64,000 nt of DNA from an uncultured Gammaproteobacteria bacterium (GTDB lineage Bacteria; Pseudomonadota; Gammaproteobacteria; Pseudomonadales; UBA5518), in NCBI GenBank assembly GCA_903928015.1, contig CAIYPF010000143.1:2980-66979 (forward strand), in the 5' to 3' direction. Below, one piece after another: positions 8,029-17,336 of the stretch. Below the pieces are notes generated by a model. That model worked only from the letters and a program-made list of their open reading frames with translations, did not search any database and was not told the DNA's origin. How positions within the stretch are numbered: the first letter of the stretch is position 1; each line of letters begins with the position of its first letter. Made by a program: the position numbers and the translations under genes.

Positions 8029-10536
8029 TCACTTCATGGCATCGAAACGCGCCTGCCCTTCACGGAGGTAGTCCAGCGTTTCGCGTTTTTCGTCGTCGGT
8101 GTTCCAGTCGTTGCGCGCGGCCGCATCGGCGATCACGCGCCCGATCCACGCGCTGAAATAGGCGGCATCTTGCGGGGATCGCGCAGGCTTTCCTGCAACC
8201 TCCACCCACACCGGATTGGTCGTGGCAAAGGGGTACATGTCGAGCAGCAGGGGCGTGGGCTTGCCGATTGCCTGCGCAGTGATCCAGCCACTCTGCGGCA
8301 GGCTGAGGCGCCCTTCCCAGTCGCCTGCACCGGATGCGCCCGGGCGCAGTGTCGCCGCAACCTTGCCGTTCACGAACAGTTGCACGCGCTGCACCGGCAC
8401 GGGGCTGCGCAGGGAAAGCCGGTAGCTCACCTCAGCGGGAGCCGCGAGCGACAGCACATCGCCCGGCCCTTGCCCCTGCACGCGAAGCCCCAGCAAGGGG
8501 CCGTTGCTGACGAAGCCACGCCCTTCCCGGATGCCCTTTTTCAGCGCATCCGCGCTGCGATCGCTCTGGTTGAGGAAGACGCGGTTCAGCCCCACCGGCC
8601 CGCGCAAGGAGGCGTAGTTGGCCATGGCATCGGTGCCGGCGCCCGCAGGCAGACGGAAGCCGAGATTCAGGAGACGGTGCCAGGCATCGACAGTCGAGAG
8701 ATGCTCGGCGAAGGAGATCACTTCGAGATAGTCGACCTTGCCGTGCGCCACATCGGCCGGCAGCCCATGCGAGAGCGAAGCCTCTTTCGCAGGATCGATC
8801 ACCCAGTCGAAGGGATGCACGTAGCCGATCAGCGCGCCCTGCGCGTGCGCGAGATCCGCCACCACGCCGTTGTGCGGGAAAGGGGAGGCAAGCGCGGTGT
8901 GCCGGTACGCGGAGAAGTCCGGCAGCAGGAGGTGCTTGCCCAGATGAAGCACCGCCGTATGGCCCCAGTAGCTGGTGTGGAACTCCTGCGCGGGCACGAT
9001 GTGCGTCGGCCCCACATCCACGGGCTCGGGCTGGAAGCTCGCGATGTCGTTGACCCGCTGCTCCTTGTTCACGACCAGGCTGTAGATGACGTCCAGATCC
9101 TCCGCGCGAGCGTCGGCGGCAAGACTCTCCCAGGTGTTGCGGTAGTGGCCGCCGTAATTCATGTGGACGTGCTGGTCGAGGCTGATCCACTCGCCGAAGT
9201 CAGCGGGGAGCGCGTTGTCAGCGAGGCGGATCTCCTCGAAACGGTCCTCGTCCTTGAGTTCGATGCTGCGCTCGGCAATCGCGCGCTCGAAACCCGACTG
9301 CGCCACGACCTGCACACGCCCTTGCGGCACGAGCAGCGCGCAATCGCCGTGGCAGGAAAAGTAGTGGATCTCGTGCGACTGCGTGCCGCGGTCGAAATTG
9401 TCATCGGCCCGGATCAAGGCATCGCGCGGAGCGTAGTAACGTCCGTCCTGTGCGAGCACGCTGACACGTGCGTCCAGCGCTTCGCCCCGCGCATCGCGCA
9501 GTTGCAGGCCGAGGACCTGCATGGTGCGGCGCATGACGCGTTTTTGCGCCACGATCTCGCGGGTGTCGCCACCGACCAACTGCAGCACATGAAGGCTGGT
9601 GTTGCCCTCCTCATTACTGGTGAAGAGCACCTGCTTGCCATCGGCCGACCAGCGGGCGTTGCGACGATCGAATTCGCCGAAGCTGAGCGGCAAGGGCGTC
9701 TCGCCGCGCGGCGTCGTGAGCCAGAGCTGGTGCCATTGGCGGCCGGCGTAGCTGGAATACAGCACGCGACGCCCGTCGGGCGAGAACTCCGGCCGTGCCG
9801 ACCAGGTGGTTTCTTCGGCCATAACGCGCGTCCAGTGATCGGGGGCATCCAGCGGGGCAGACCAGATGTCTCCGCTACCCCAGGCAAGCCCGCGGTTGCT
9901 CACGAACAACAGCGTCTTGCCGTCCGGACTGAAGGACGGGTTGATCACGTGATCGAAGGGCGAGTAGTAGTAGCGGCGCAGCGTGGTCTCTTCGTGCTCG
10001 GCGAAGACCCGCTTCGCATCGAGCAGGCCCTTGTCGCCGCGCGGCGCAAGGAACACCGTGAAGCGGCCGTTCTCGCGCGAGGACACGAAGACGATGCGCG
10101 TGCCGTCAGGGGAATACCGGGGCTCCACCGCCGAGGCCTTGTCGTGCGTGAGAGCACGCTCGGCGCCGCTCTGCAGATCCAGCTCCATCAGCTCGAGCGC
10201 GTCGTGATCCTGGCGCGTGAACACCACATGCCTACCGTCCGGCGAGACATCGGGCTGGTAGTCGTAACCGGGGCCGGCTGTCAGTTCACGCGCGGTATCG
10301 CTGTCCAGCGCCTGCAGCCACAGCGAACCGCCCATGCTGTAGACCACCGAGGTGCCGTCGGGCATGAAGTCTCCCGCCGAGGGCCCGCTGGTCAGCTGCG
10401 GCATGTAGAGCTCACGCCAGTAATACGCGTGCGGCAGCGTGACCTGCTTCAGCACCGGCTCCCTCGCCGCCTGCGCCCCCAGAGCAATCAGCAGTAAAAG
10501 CGGGGCCAGGCCCCATGTGTTGCGGGGGGCGCGCAT
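8029..10536 (-). CDS. Secreted TolB-like beta-propeller protein fused to a CehA/McbA (PHP-type) metallohydrolase domain
   Basis: 835 aa. Signal peptide MRAPRNTWGLAPLLLLIALGAQAA. Five or more PD40-type blades (SPDGRHVVF, SPDGTRIVF, SPDGKTLLF, SPDGRRVLY, SADGKQVLF). The C-terminal half has an HVHMNYGGH metal motif and the GYVHPFD / AGAGTDA motifs of PHP-like hydrolases. Confidence 0.7.
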   Translation of the reverse strand: MRAPRNTWGLAPLLLLIALGAQAAREPVLKQVTLPHAYYWRELYMPQLTSGPSAGDFMPDGTSVVYSMGGSLWLQALDSDTARELTAGPGYDYQPDVSPDGRHVVFTRQDHDALELMELDLQSGAERALTHDKASAVEPRYSPDGTRIVFVSSRENGRFTVFLAPRGDKGLLDAKRVFAEHEETTLRRYYYSPFDHVINPSFSPDGKTLLFVSNRGLAWGSGDIWSAPLDAPDHWTRVMAEETTWSARPEFSPDGRRVLYSSYAGRQWHQLWLTTPRGETPLPLSFGEFDRRNARWSADGKQVLFTSNEEGNTSLHVLQLVGGDTREIVAQKRVMRRTMQVLGLQLRDARGEALDARVSVLAQDGRYYAPRDALIRADDNFDRGTQSHEIHYFSCHGDCALLVPQGRVQVVAQSGFERAIAERSIELKDEDRFEEIRLADNALPADFGEWISLDQHVHMNYGGHYRNTWESLAADARAEDLDVIYSLVVNKEQRVNDIASFQPEPVDVGPTHIVPAQEFHTSYWGHTAVLHLGKHLLLPDFSAYRHTALASPFPHNGVVADLAHAQGALIGYVHPFDWVIDPAKEASLSHGLPADVAHGKVDYLEVISFAEHLSTVDAWHRLLNLGFRLPAGAGTDAMANYASLRGPVGLNRVFLNQSDRSADALKKGIREGRGFVSNGPLLGLRVQGQGPGDVLSLAAPAEVSYRLSLRSPVPVQRVQLFVNGKVAATLRPGASGAGDWEGRLSLPQSGWITAQAIGKPTPLLLDMYPFATTNPVWVEVAGKPARSPQDAAYFSAWIGRVIADAAARNDWNTDDEKRETLDYLREGQARFDAMK

Positions 10537-10537
10537 C

Positions 10538-11860
10538 TCAGGCCTCCAGCGCTTCGCGCAGGCTGCGTTCGAGGAGTACCAGCGCTTCGTCGGCGGTGGC
10601 GCGGTCGATCATCAGCGGCGGCATCAGGCGCAAGGTGCTCTGGCCGCAGTTCAGCAGCAATATGCCGTTGTGGAAACCGCGCGTGAGCACGTTGTCGCTC
10701 AAGGCGCCAGCGGGCGTCTTGCAGGCACGGGACTTCACCAGTTCCATCCCGATCCACAAGCCCTTGCCGCGCACCTCGCCGATGCAGTCGAAGCGCTCCT
10801 GCATCGCGCGGAGCTTGCCGAGGAGGTACTCGCCCTGCTCGGCGGCGTTCTCCATCAGCCCGCCCTGCACCACATCGAGCGTCGCGAGTGCAGCCGCGCA
10901 GCACACGGGGTTGCCGCCATAGGTGTTGCCGTGCGCGCCGCGGGCCCACTTCTCCATGTGCCGCTTCTTCGCCACCACCAGACCGATGGGCATGCCCGAA
11001 CCGAGCCCCTTGGCGAGGCTCATGATGTCGGCGGCAACGCCGTAGTGTTCCGCGGCGAACATCTTGCCGGTGCGCCCGATGCCCGACTGCACCTCGTCGA
11101 AGATCAGCATGATGCCGTGACGGTCACAGAGTTCACGCAGGCCCTGCAGGAAGCCGTCCGGCGGCGTGATGTAACCGCCCTCGCCCTGCAGCGGCTCGAT
11201 CAGGATGCCCGCAACTTCGTTCGCCGGCACGTTGGCACGGAACACCACGTTCTCGAGGTAATCGAGCACCGCGCGGCCCTGATCTTCCCCGGCAAAGAGC
11301 GGGCGATAGGGGTTCGGATAGGGAATGTGCGTCACGCCCGGCATCGTGGGAAAGAAGCCCTTCTGCTGCGTGTACTTGCTGGAGGTGAACGCTAGCGAGC
11401 CCATGGTGCGGCCGTGGAATCCGCCGTAAAAACCGATGAAACGGCTGCGGCCCGTCACGTAGCGCGCGAGCTTGAGCGCGCCCTCCACCGCCTCGGTGCC
11501 GCTCTGGCACATGAAGCTCATCGTCTGCTCACCGAAGGGCGTGATCTCGTTCATGCGCTCGCCGAGACGCACCTGGTACTCGTGCCAGTAGTCGCTCGAG
11601 ATGTGCAGGAATTTCTCCGAGGCTTCGCGAATCGCCGCGACCACGGCCGGGTGCGCGTGACCCGTTGAGCAAACGGCGATGCCCGCCGCGAAATCGAGGA
11701 AGCGGTTGCCGTCGACGTCCCAGACTTCGGCACCGCGGCCGTGCGACATCACGAAGGGATAGTCGCGCGGGTAGGACGGGGAGACGACCTGCGAGTCACG
11801 CTCGATCAGCGCGCGCGCCTTTGGCCCGGGAAGTTCGGTCTTGATGTGCGGGTTGGTCAT
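10538..11860 (-). CDS. Class-III (omega) aminotransferase, GabT-like
   Basis: ATG 11860 (MTNPHIKTELPGPKA...) chosen inside the longer ORF. Motifs FDEVQSGIGRTG and PLP-lysine context DIMSLAKGLGSG. Its stop lies 1 nt from the start of the downstream gene. Confidence 0.85.
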   Translation of the reverse strand: MTNPHIKTELPGPKARALIERDSQVVSPSYPRDYPFVMSHGRGAEVWDVDGNRFLDFAAGIAVCSTGHAHPAVVAAIREASEKFLHISSDYWHEYQVRLGERMNEITPFGEQTMSFMCQSGTEAVEGALKLARYVTGRSRFIGFYGGFHGRTMGSLAFTSSKYTQQKGFFPTMPGVTHIPYPNPYRPLFAGEDQGRAVLDYLENVVFRANVPANEVAGILIEPLQGEGGYITPPDGFLQGLRELCDRHGIMLIFDEVQSGIGRTGKMFAAEHYGVAADIMSLAKGLGSGMPIGLVVAKKRHMEKWARGAHGNTYGGNPVCCAAALATLDVVQGGLMENAAEQGEYLLGKLRAMQERFDCIGEVRGKGLWIGMELVKSRACKTPAGALSDNVLTRGFHNGILLLNCGQSTLRLMPPLMIDRATADEALVLLERSLREALEA

Positions 11861-11870
11861 GGCTGGGTCC

Positions 11871-12653
11871 TCAGAGCGGCAGGGGATGAAGGGTTGAATG
11901 GGCGCGATCGGTGCGCGCGTGCAGTGCACGCAGCGCATCGAGGTGTTCTTGCGAGGGCGCAGGGATCTGTTCCAGTTCGGCGGCAATCGCAAGCGGCCAG
12001 CCACAGGCTGCCTGCGCGGCTGCGGGATCCACGCCCGGATAGATGCCGGAGAGTTGCAGTTCGCGCGTGACGGGATGCGGGCGCAGGATGCCGTAGTCGG
12101 TGATGACCACCTCGGGCCCTGCGCCTGGCGCGCCAGCGCGCTCGCGCGAGTCACCGCCTTCGAAGAAACCACCACTCGAGCGGAAGGCGATCTGCGGCAC
12201 GAAGGAGCGCGGCGACATCCGCAGCACGATGAAGATGCGCCGCGCATGCGTTGCGATCTCGGGTGCGCCGCCCGCGCCGGGCAGGCGCGTCTTCGGGTGA
12301 TCGTAGTCGCCGATCACGGTGCTGTTCAGGTTGCCGAAGCGGTCGATCTGGGCCGCGCCCAGAAAACCCACATCGATGCGACCGCCCTGCAGCCAGTAGC
12401 TGAAGATTTCGGGCAGCGGCACGATGCAGTCGGCCGTCTCGGCGAGTTCGCCATCACCGATGGAGAGCGGCAGCACCTCCGGACGCGTGCCGATGGTGCC
12501 GGACTCGTAGATCAGCACGGTGTCGGGCGCGTGCGTGAGCCGCGCAAGATTCGCCGCCGCGGAGGGCAGGCCGATGCCGACGAAACAGGTGGTGCCATCG
12601 GTCAGCAGCCGCGCCGCCGCCACGGTCATCATCTCGTCCTTGCTGTAGCTCAT
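11871..12653 (-). CDS. Family-I CoA-transferase, subunit B (glutaconate-CoA-transferase-like)
   Basis: ATG 12653 overlaps the subunit-A stop (ATGA). MSYSKDEMMTVAAARLL..., with an LIYESGTIG (ESG) active-site-like motif. Confidence 0.8.
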   Translation of the reverse strand: MSYSKDEMMTVAAARLLTDGTTCFVGIGLPSAAANLARLTHAPDTVLIYESGTIGTRPEVLPLSIGDGELAETADCIVPLPEIFSYWLQGGRIDVGFLGAAQIDRFGNLNSTVIGDYDHPKTRLPGAGGAPEIATHARRIFIVLRMSPRSFVPQIAFRSSGGFFEGGDSRERAGAPGAGPEVVITDYGILRPHPVTRELQLSGIYPGVDPAAAQAACGWPLAIAAELEQIPAPSQEHLDALRALHARTDRAHSTLHPLPL

Positions 12654-13504
12654 GAGGCGGCCCTCCCCTCGCCGATGCGCTGCAGGAAAGCACGGTGATC
12701 CGCCGTCCCCAGCACGTGATGTTCCATCCATGCGCGGAAGCTCCCGCGCTCGCGGGCGATCTCGTCCCACTGCTGGTAGAAGGCGTTGTCGCGCGGGTAA
12801 TAGTCCTGCGCGTAGGACGGCCAGGCACCGCCCTTCACCACCGCGGCCGCGCTCACCACCCAGTGCGGGATCACGGTGGCGTTCATGGGCGCATCGAGTT
12901 TCTCTACCTGCTCCTCGACGGTGAAGAGCACGGCCTTTGCGGCAAGTGCGGCCTCGCGGGTGGCGCCGAGGATGCCGCGCACCAGCACATTGCCGCGCGC
13001 ATCGACCTGCTGCGCGTGCAGGATCGTGACGTCGGGATTCACCGCACGAACGGTCGCGAGTTTCTCGCCCGTGTAAGGACACTCGACATGGCTGATCTGC
13101 GGATTGTGCTTCGGCAGGTCCGTACCGATATACCCGCGCAGCACGCCGAAGGGCAGCTTCGCAGCGCCCGCGGTGTACGCCGCCGCCATGCCCGCGTGGC
13201 TGTGCTCGTGCCAGGCAAGCGGCCGCGGCCACTGCTGCTCCACCGCATCGCGCAGACGGTGCAGCGAACCCACGCCCGGGTTCCCGCCCCAGCTGAACGT
13301 GAGTTCGCGCACCAGCCCCATGCCGATCAACTGGTCATAGATCAGGTCGGGCGTCATGCGCACCAGATGCAAATCACCGATGCCCTGACGGATGATCTCG
13401 TGGCCGGCCGCAAAGGGGATGAGGTGCGTGAACCCCTCAAGCGCGAGCATCTGCCCGGGCTTCACGTGACGCGCGATCATCTCGCGCAGTGACAGCAGTT
13501 CCAT
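12650..13504 (-). CDS. Family-I CoA-transferase, subunit A (glutaconate-CoA-transferase-like)
   Basis: 284 aa, MELLSLREMIARHVKPGQMLALEGF... Translationally coupled to subunit B. Confidence 0.8.
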   Translation of the reverse strand: MELLSLREMIARHVKPGQMLALEGFTHLIPFAAGHEIIRQGIGDLHLVRMTPDLIYDQLIGMGLVRELTFSWGGNPGVGSLHRLRDAVEQQWPRPLAWHEHSHAGMAAAYTAGAAKLPFGVLRGYIGTDLPKHNPQISHVECPYTGEKLATVRAVNPDVTILHAQQVDARGNVLVRGILGATREAALAAKAVLFTVEEQVEKLDAPMNATVIPHWVVSAAAVVKGGAWPSYAQDYYPRDNAFYQQWDEIARERGSFRAWMEHHVLGTADHRAFLQRIGEGRAAS

Positions 13505-13509
13505 GCGCC

Positions 13510-15072
13510 TTACTCCACGACGGTGCGCGATTGCTCGCGCAGGTACAGCGGCAGGTAATAGAACGAGGCTATCGCCTTGCCTGTGGAGCCCGAGCCCTTC
13601 CAGCCGCCGAAGGGCTGGTAGCCGGGCCAGGCTCCGGTGGTCGCACCCTGCGGGCGATTGGCGTAGGTGACACCGGCCTCGATGTTCTCGTGGAACCAGG
13701 CGAGCTCGGTATCGGAGCCGTAGAAGCCGGCCGTGAGACCGAAGTCGCTGGCGTTGGCAAGGCCCATGGCCTCTTCGTTGCTCTGGACGCGGCAGACGGT
13801 GAGCACGGGCAGGAACATTTCCTCGCGCCAGAGTGCGTGTTCTGCCGGCAGTTCGGCGAGCGTGGGCTGCACGAAGTAGCCGTGCTCCAGGCCCTCTTCG
13901 CGAAGCTGCTCACCGCCCTCGAGCACGTGTCCGCCCTCGCGCAGGCGCCGTACGCAGTCGGCAAAGCGCCGATAGGCGCGCTCGTTCACCACCGGCCCCA
14001 GCCAGTTCTCGCGGAGCGAGGGATCGCCGGTGCGGATCGCCTGCATCTGCGTGCGGATGCCCTCGATCAGTTCGTCAGCCACGGAGGCGTGCACGTAGAG
14101 CCGCGACAGCGCCGAGCACTTCTGGCCGCCCATGCCGAAAGCCGAGCGCACGATACCGCTAGCGGCACGGCCCACGTCCCCCGAGGCAGTGACGATGCAG
14201 GCGTTCTTGCCGCCCATTTCGGCGATGCAGGGCCGCGGGAAGCGGCGCCCGTAGAGCTTGCGCTGGATTTCCATCCCCACCGCGTAGGAGCCGGTGAAGG
14301 TGAGACCGCCGAGTTGCGGATGCTCCACCAGCGAGGAGCCCACCGCACCACCGCCGCAGATGTAATTGAACACGCCGCGCGGGATGCCGGCATCGCGAAG
14401 GCACTCTGCAAGCAGGCGTCCGGCCCAGGGGGTGTCGGTTGAACCCTTGAGCACCACCGTGTTGCCTGTCACCAGCGCTGCGGCCGTGGGGCCGCCGCCG
14501 AGCGCGAAGGGAAAATTGAAAGGCGTGATGACCACCCACACGCCATAGGGGCGCATCACAGAGCGGTTGTGCGAGCGCCAGTCGGCAAGAGGGTCGTCGG
14601 GAAGCACGTTGTCGTAACCGCCGTGACGCTCGAAATCGTCGCAGTAACCGATGAGGAAGTCCGCGACCTCCTGCACCTCGCCGAGCGCCTCCATGCGGTT
14701 CTTGCCCACTTCGAGCGACACTGCCGCCGCGAGTTCGTAAACGCGCTCTTCCACCAGCGCGGCTGCGCGGCGCAGCAGGCCGAGGCGATCCTGCATCGGC
14801 ATCGCACGCCAGGCGGGCCACGCTGCGCGCGCGGCTTCCATGGCGCGCGACGCGTCCTGCGTCGAGGCCTCGGCAAAGCGTCCGAGCACCTCGCGGGTGT
14901 CGGAGGGATTGCGCTTTTCGATCCAGTTGCCGGTGAAGACATCAGCGCCGTCGACGAACATCGCGTGCTCGCGCCCCAGTCCGGCACGCACGGCGGCGAG
15001 CGCCGCATCGAAGCGGGTATGCATCTCCTCGGGAGGATTGAACATCGTCGAGTAGGTCAGCTTGAAACTCAT
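13510..15072 (-). CDS. Aldehyde dehydrogenase, RocA/P5C-dehydrogenase-like subfamily
   Basis: 520 aa. EMGGKNACIV and GGQKCSALSRL (catalytic Cys) motifs. The N-terminal extension and the EALGEVQEVADFLIGYC motif resemble the glutamate-semialdehyde dehydrogenase type. Confidence 0.8.
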   Translation of the reverse strand: MSFKLTYSTMFNPPEEMHTRFDAALAAVRAGLGREHAMFVDGADVFTGNWIEKRNPSDTREVLGRFAEASTQDASRAMEAARAAWPAWRAMPMQDRLGLLRRAAALVEERVYELAAAVSLEVGKNRMEALGEVQEVADFLIGYCDDFERHGGYDNVLPDDPLADWRSHNRSVMRPYGVWVVITPFNFPFALGGGPTAAALVTGNTVVLKGSTDTPWAGRLLAECLRDAGIPRGVFNYICGGGAVGSSLVEHPQLGGLTFTGSYAVGMEIQRKLYGRRFPRPCIAEMGGKNACIVTASGDVGRAASGIVRSAFGMGGQKCSALSRLYVHASVADELIEGIRTQMQAIRTGDPSLRENWLGPVVNERAYRRFADCVRRLREGGHVLEGGEQLREEGLEHGYFVQPTLAELPAEHALWREEMFLPVLTVCRVQSNEEAMGLANASDFGLTAGFYGSDTELAWFHENIEAGVTYANRPQGATTGAWPGYQPFGGWKGSGSTGKAIASFYYLPLYLREQSRTVVE

Positions 15073-15103
15073 GGCGGTGCTCCGTAGCGGTTCGTGCGAT
15101 CGT

Positions 15104-16423
15104 TCAGTTCAGTCGGGCAAGCAGGCGGTCGAGCAACGAAAGTGCATCGGCGAGTTCTGTCTCGCCGATCACCAGCGGCGGCGCGAGGAGAATCAGGTTG
15201 CCGCGCGCGGCAAACGAAACGCCGTGGGCCATGGCATCCGCGAGCAGTGCCTTCACGGAAGAATGCATATCGGGCCAGGGCGAGAGCGCCGCGCGCGTGT
15301 CGCGATCGCTTACGAGCTCGATCACGGCAAAGAGCCCTTCCCCGCCGCGCACATCGCCAATCACGGCATGGCGCTGCTGCATGCGCTGCAACTCGGCGAA
15401 CATGCTGGCGCCGAGCCGGCGCGAGCGTTCGATCAGCTGTTCATCGGCGTAGGTCTCCAGCGCCGCGACACCGGCCGCGCAGGAGAGCGGATGGCCGCAA
15501 TAGGTGAGTCCGGTAAAGAGCATCTGCGGCTCGAGGATGCGGGAGATCCCGCCCGAGACGACCACGGCACCGAGGGGCAGGTGTGCGCCTGTGAGCCCCT
15601 TGGCGAGCGTCATCAGGTCGGGGCGTCCCTCCTCGCCGTAGCGCTGCCACGCGAACCATTCACCGCAACGACCGAAACCGCTCATCACCTCGTCGGCGAT
15701 CAGGAAGGCATCTTTCTCCCGGGTCACACGCCGCAGCGCGGGCCAGTAAGCCGGTGGCGCCACGATGCCGTTGGTGCCTGCGTTGGGTTCCATCAGCACC
15801 GCGGCGACACCCTCGTCCGCATGCGCGTCGATCAGCTCACCCACGTGGGCTGCGGCAGCCTGCGCACACTCCTCGGCCGTGCTGGTACCGAAGGGGCAGC
15901 GATAGCTGTACGGCGGCAATGCGTGATCGACACGCATGGCCTGCGGATCGACCTGTGTGCGCGTGCGCGAGTCGCCGGAAAGGGCCATCGCGGCATAGCT
16001 CGCACCGTGATAGGAACGATCCCGGGTGATGACCCATCCGCGCGGTTTGGCGCTCGCCTGACGGGCGAATTTGATGGCGTTCTCGTTGGCGTCCGCGCCG
16101 CCCAGGCTGAAGAACACGCGTCCGTCGTGGAAGCCGCTGCGCTCGAGCAACAGCTCGGCCAACCGCGCGCGTGGCGCGGCGCCCCAGGCGGCCGTGACGA
16201 AACACAGTTTCTCGGCCTGCTCGCGTATCGCAGCGACCAGACGAGGATGCTGATGCCCGAGATGGTTGCTCTCCGCGAGCGAACTCATGTCCAGGATCCG
16301 CCGCCCATCCTCGATGTGCAGCCAGGCGCCGGAGCCACCCACCACGGTGGGCGCGTTCCAGTCGCTCTGCTTGCACCAGCTGTGCATCACGGTGTCGCGC
16401 TCGGGGCGGGTCGGCGTTGCCAT
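15104..16423 (-). CDS. Class-III (omega-amino acid:pyruvate type) aminotransferase
   Basis: ADEVMSGFGRCG and DLMTLAKGLTGAHLP (PLP Lys) motifs. Start is uncertain: ATG 16423 is given here; GTG 16453 and ATG 16387 are alternatives. Confidence 0.8.
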   Translation of the reverse strand: MATPTRPERDTVMHSWCKQSDWNAPTVVGGSGAWLHIEDGRRILDMSSLAESNHLGHQHPRLVAAIREQAEKLCFVTAAWGAAPRARLAELLLERSGFHDGRVFFSLGGADANENAIKFARQASAKPRGWVITRDRSYHGASYAAMALSGDSRTRTQVDPQAMRVDHALPPYSYRCPFGTSTAEECAQAAAAHVGELIDAHADEGVAAVLMEPNAGTNGIVAPPAYWPALRRVTREKDAFLIADEVMSGFGRCGEWFAWQRYGEEGRPDLMTLAKGLTGAHLPLGAVVVSGGISRILEPQMLFTGLTYCGHPLSCAAGVAALETYADEQLIERSRRLGASMFAELQRMQQRHAVIGDVRGGEGLFAVIELVSDRDTRAALSPWPDMHSSVKALLADAMAHGVSFAARGNLILLAPPLVIGETELADALSLLDRLLARLN

Positions 16424-16444
16424 AGGAAGACTCGCTGTGCGAAT

Positions 16445-16462
16445 ATCGAACACAAATTCGAT
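16445..16462. promoter_or_regulatory. Perfect 6-6-6 inverted repeat ATCGAA-cacaaa-TTCGAT in the divergent IclR/aminotransferase intergenic region (candidate operator)
   Basis: Read directly from the sequence. Lies 25 nt upstream of the IclR ATG (16487) and just upstream of the ATG 16423 start of the divergent operon. Confidence 0.3.
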
Positions 16463-16486
16463 CAGTGAACGGACTATAGCCGCCCC

Positions 16487-17326
16487 ATGAAATCAGCGTC
16501 AACGAAGCCCGCGCAAAGCCCGGCTACGCCAGCCACGAGGCCATTCGAGGAGGGGCCGGACTACGTGCAATCGCTGGCGCGTGGCCTCGCCGTGCTGCGC
16601 GCGCTCGGGACGGCCGGCGAACCCCTGACACTGAGCGCGGCAGCACTCGCAACCGGGCTCTCCCGTGCGGTAGTCAGACGGCAGTTGCTCACCCTCGCCC
16701 ACCTCGGCTACGTGCGGCAGGAAGGTCGCGACTTCAGCCTTACCGCCCGCGTACTGGAACTCGGCTTCGCCTATCTCGGCGCCCTCGCCTATCCGGACCT
16801 CGCGCGCGCCCCGCTGCAAGCCCTTGCCGATCGCGTCCACGAATCCTGCTCGCTGGGCGTTCTGGAGGGCGCCGAGGTGGTCTACATGCAGCGCGTGGCC
16901 GTGAGCAAGCTGATGTCCGTGGGGCTGGGCATAGGCTCACGACTCCCCGCGTGGTGCACCTCGATGGGACGGGTGCTCTTGGGCGCTCTGACCGAGGACG
17001 CACTGGAGGCCCGGATCGCCGCGTCCGATCTTCGCCGGCTGACGCCCCACACCTGCGCCGAGCCCCAGGAACTGCTGCGCCGCATCCGCCAGGCAAGGGC
17101 CGATGGCTACGCCTACGTGGAGCAGGAACTGGAGCGCGGCCTGTGCTCGGTGGCGGTACCGCTGCACAACCGCGCGGGAGCCGTGGTCGGAGCACTCAAC
17201 GTGGGCATGGCCTACCGCGAGAACGCCCGCGGGCGTGCCCTGGCCGAGATCCTTCCCGGGTTGCGCAGCACTGCGGCCGAGATCGAGCGTCTTGCCGGAG
17301 CGGCACTGCCCGACAGTACCCGCTGA
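16487..17326 (+). CDS. IclR-family transcriptional regulator
   Basis: 279 aa. N-terminal wHTH (SLARGLAVLRALG...LTLSAAALATGLSRAVVRRQLLTLAHLGYV) and a C-terminal IclR effector domain (ELERGLCSVAVPL). Confidence 0.85.
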   Translation: MKSASTKPAQSPATPATRPFEEGPDYVQSLARGLAVLRALGTAGEPLTLSAAALATGLSRAVVRRQLLTLAHLGYVRQEGRDFSLTARVLELGFAYLGALAYPDLARAPLQALADRVHESCSLGVLEGAEVVYMQRVAVSKLMSVGLGIGSRLPAWCTSMGRVLLGALTEDALEARIAASDLRRLTPHTCAEPQELLRRIRQARADGYAYVEQELERGLCSVAVPLHNRAGAVVGALNVGMAYRENARGRALAEILPGLRSTAAEIERLAGAALPDSTR

Positions 17327-17336
17327 GCACGCGGGA

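Noticed and set aside
7819-10497. 892-aa plus-strand ORF opposite the TolB/PHP hydrolase gene.
   Set aside because: No recognisable domains and extreme Arg/Ala/His content, while the opposite strand encodes a protein with a clear signal peptide and PD40/PHP motifs.
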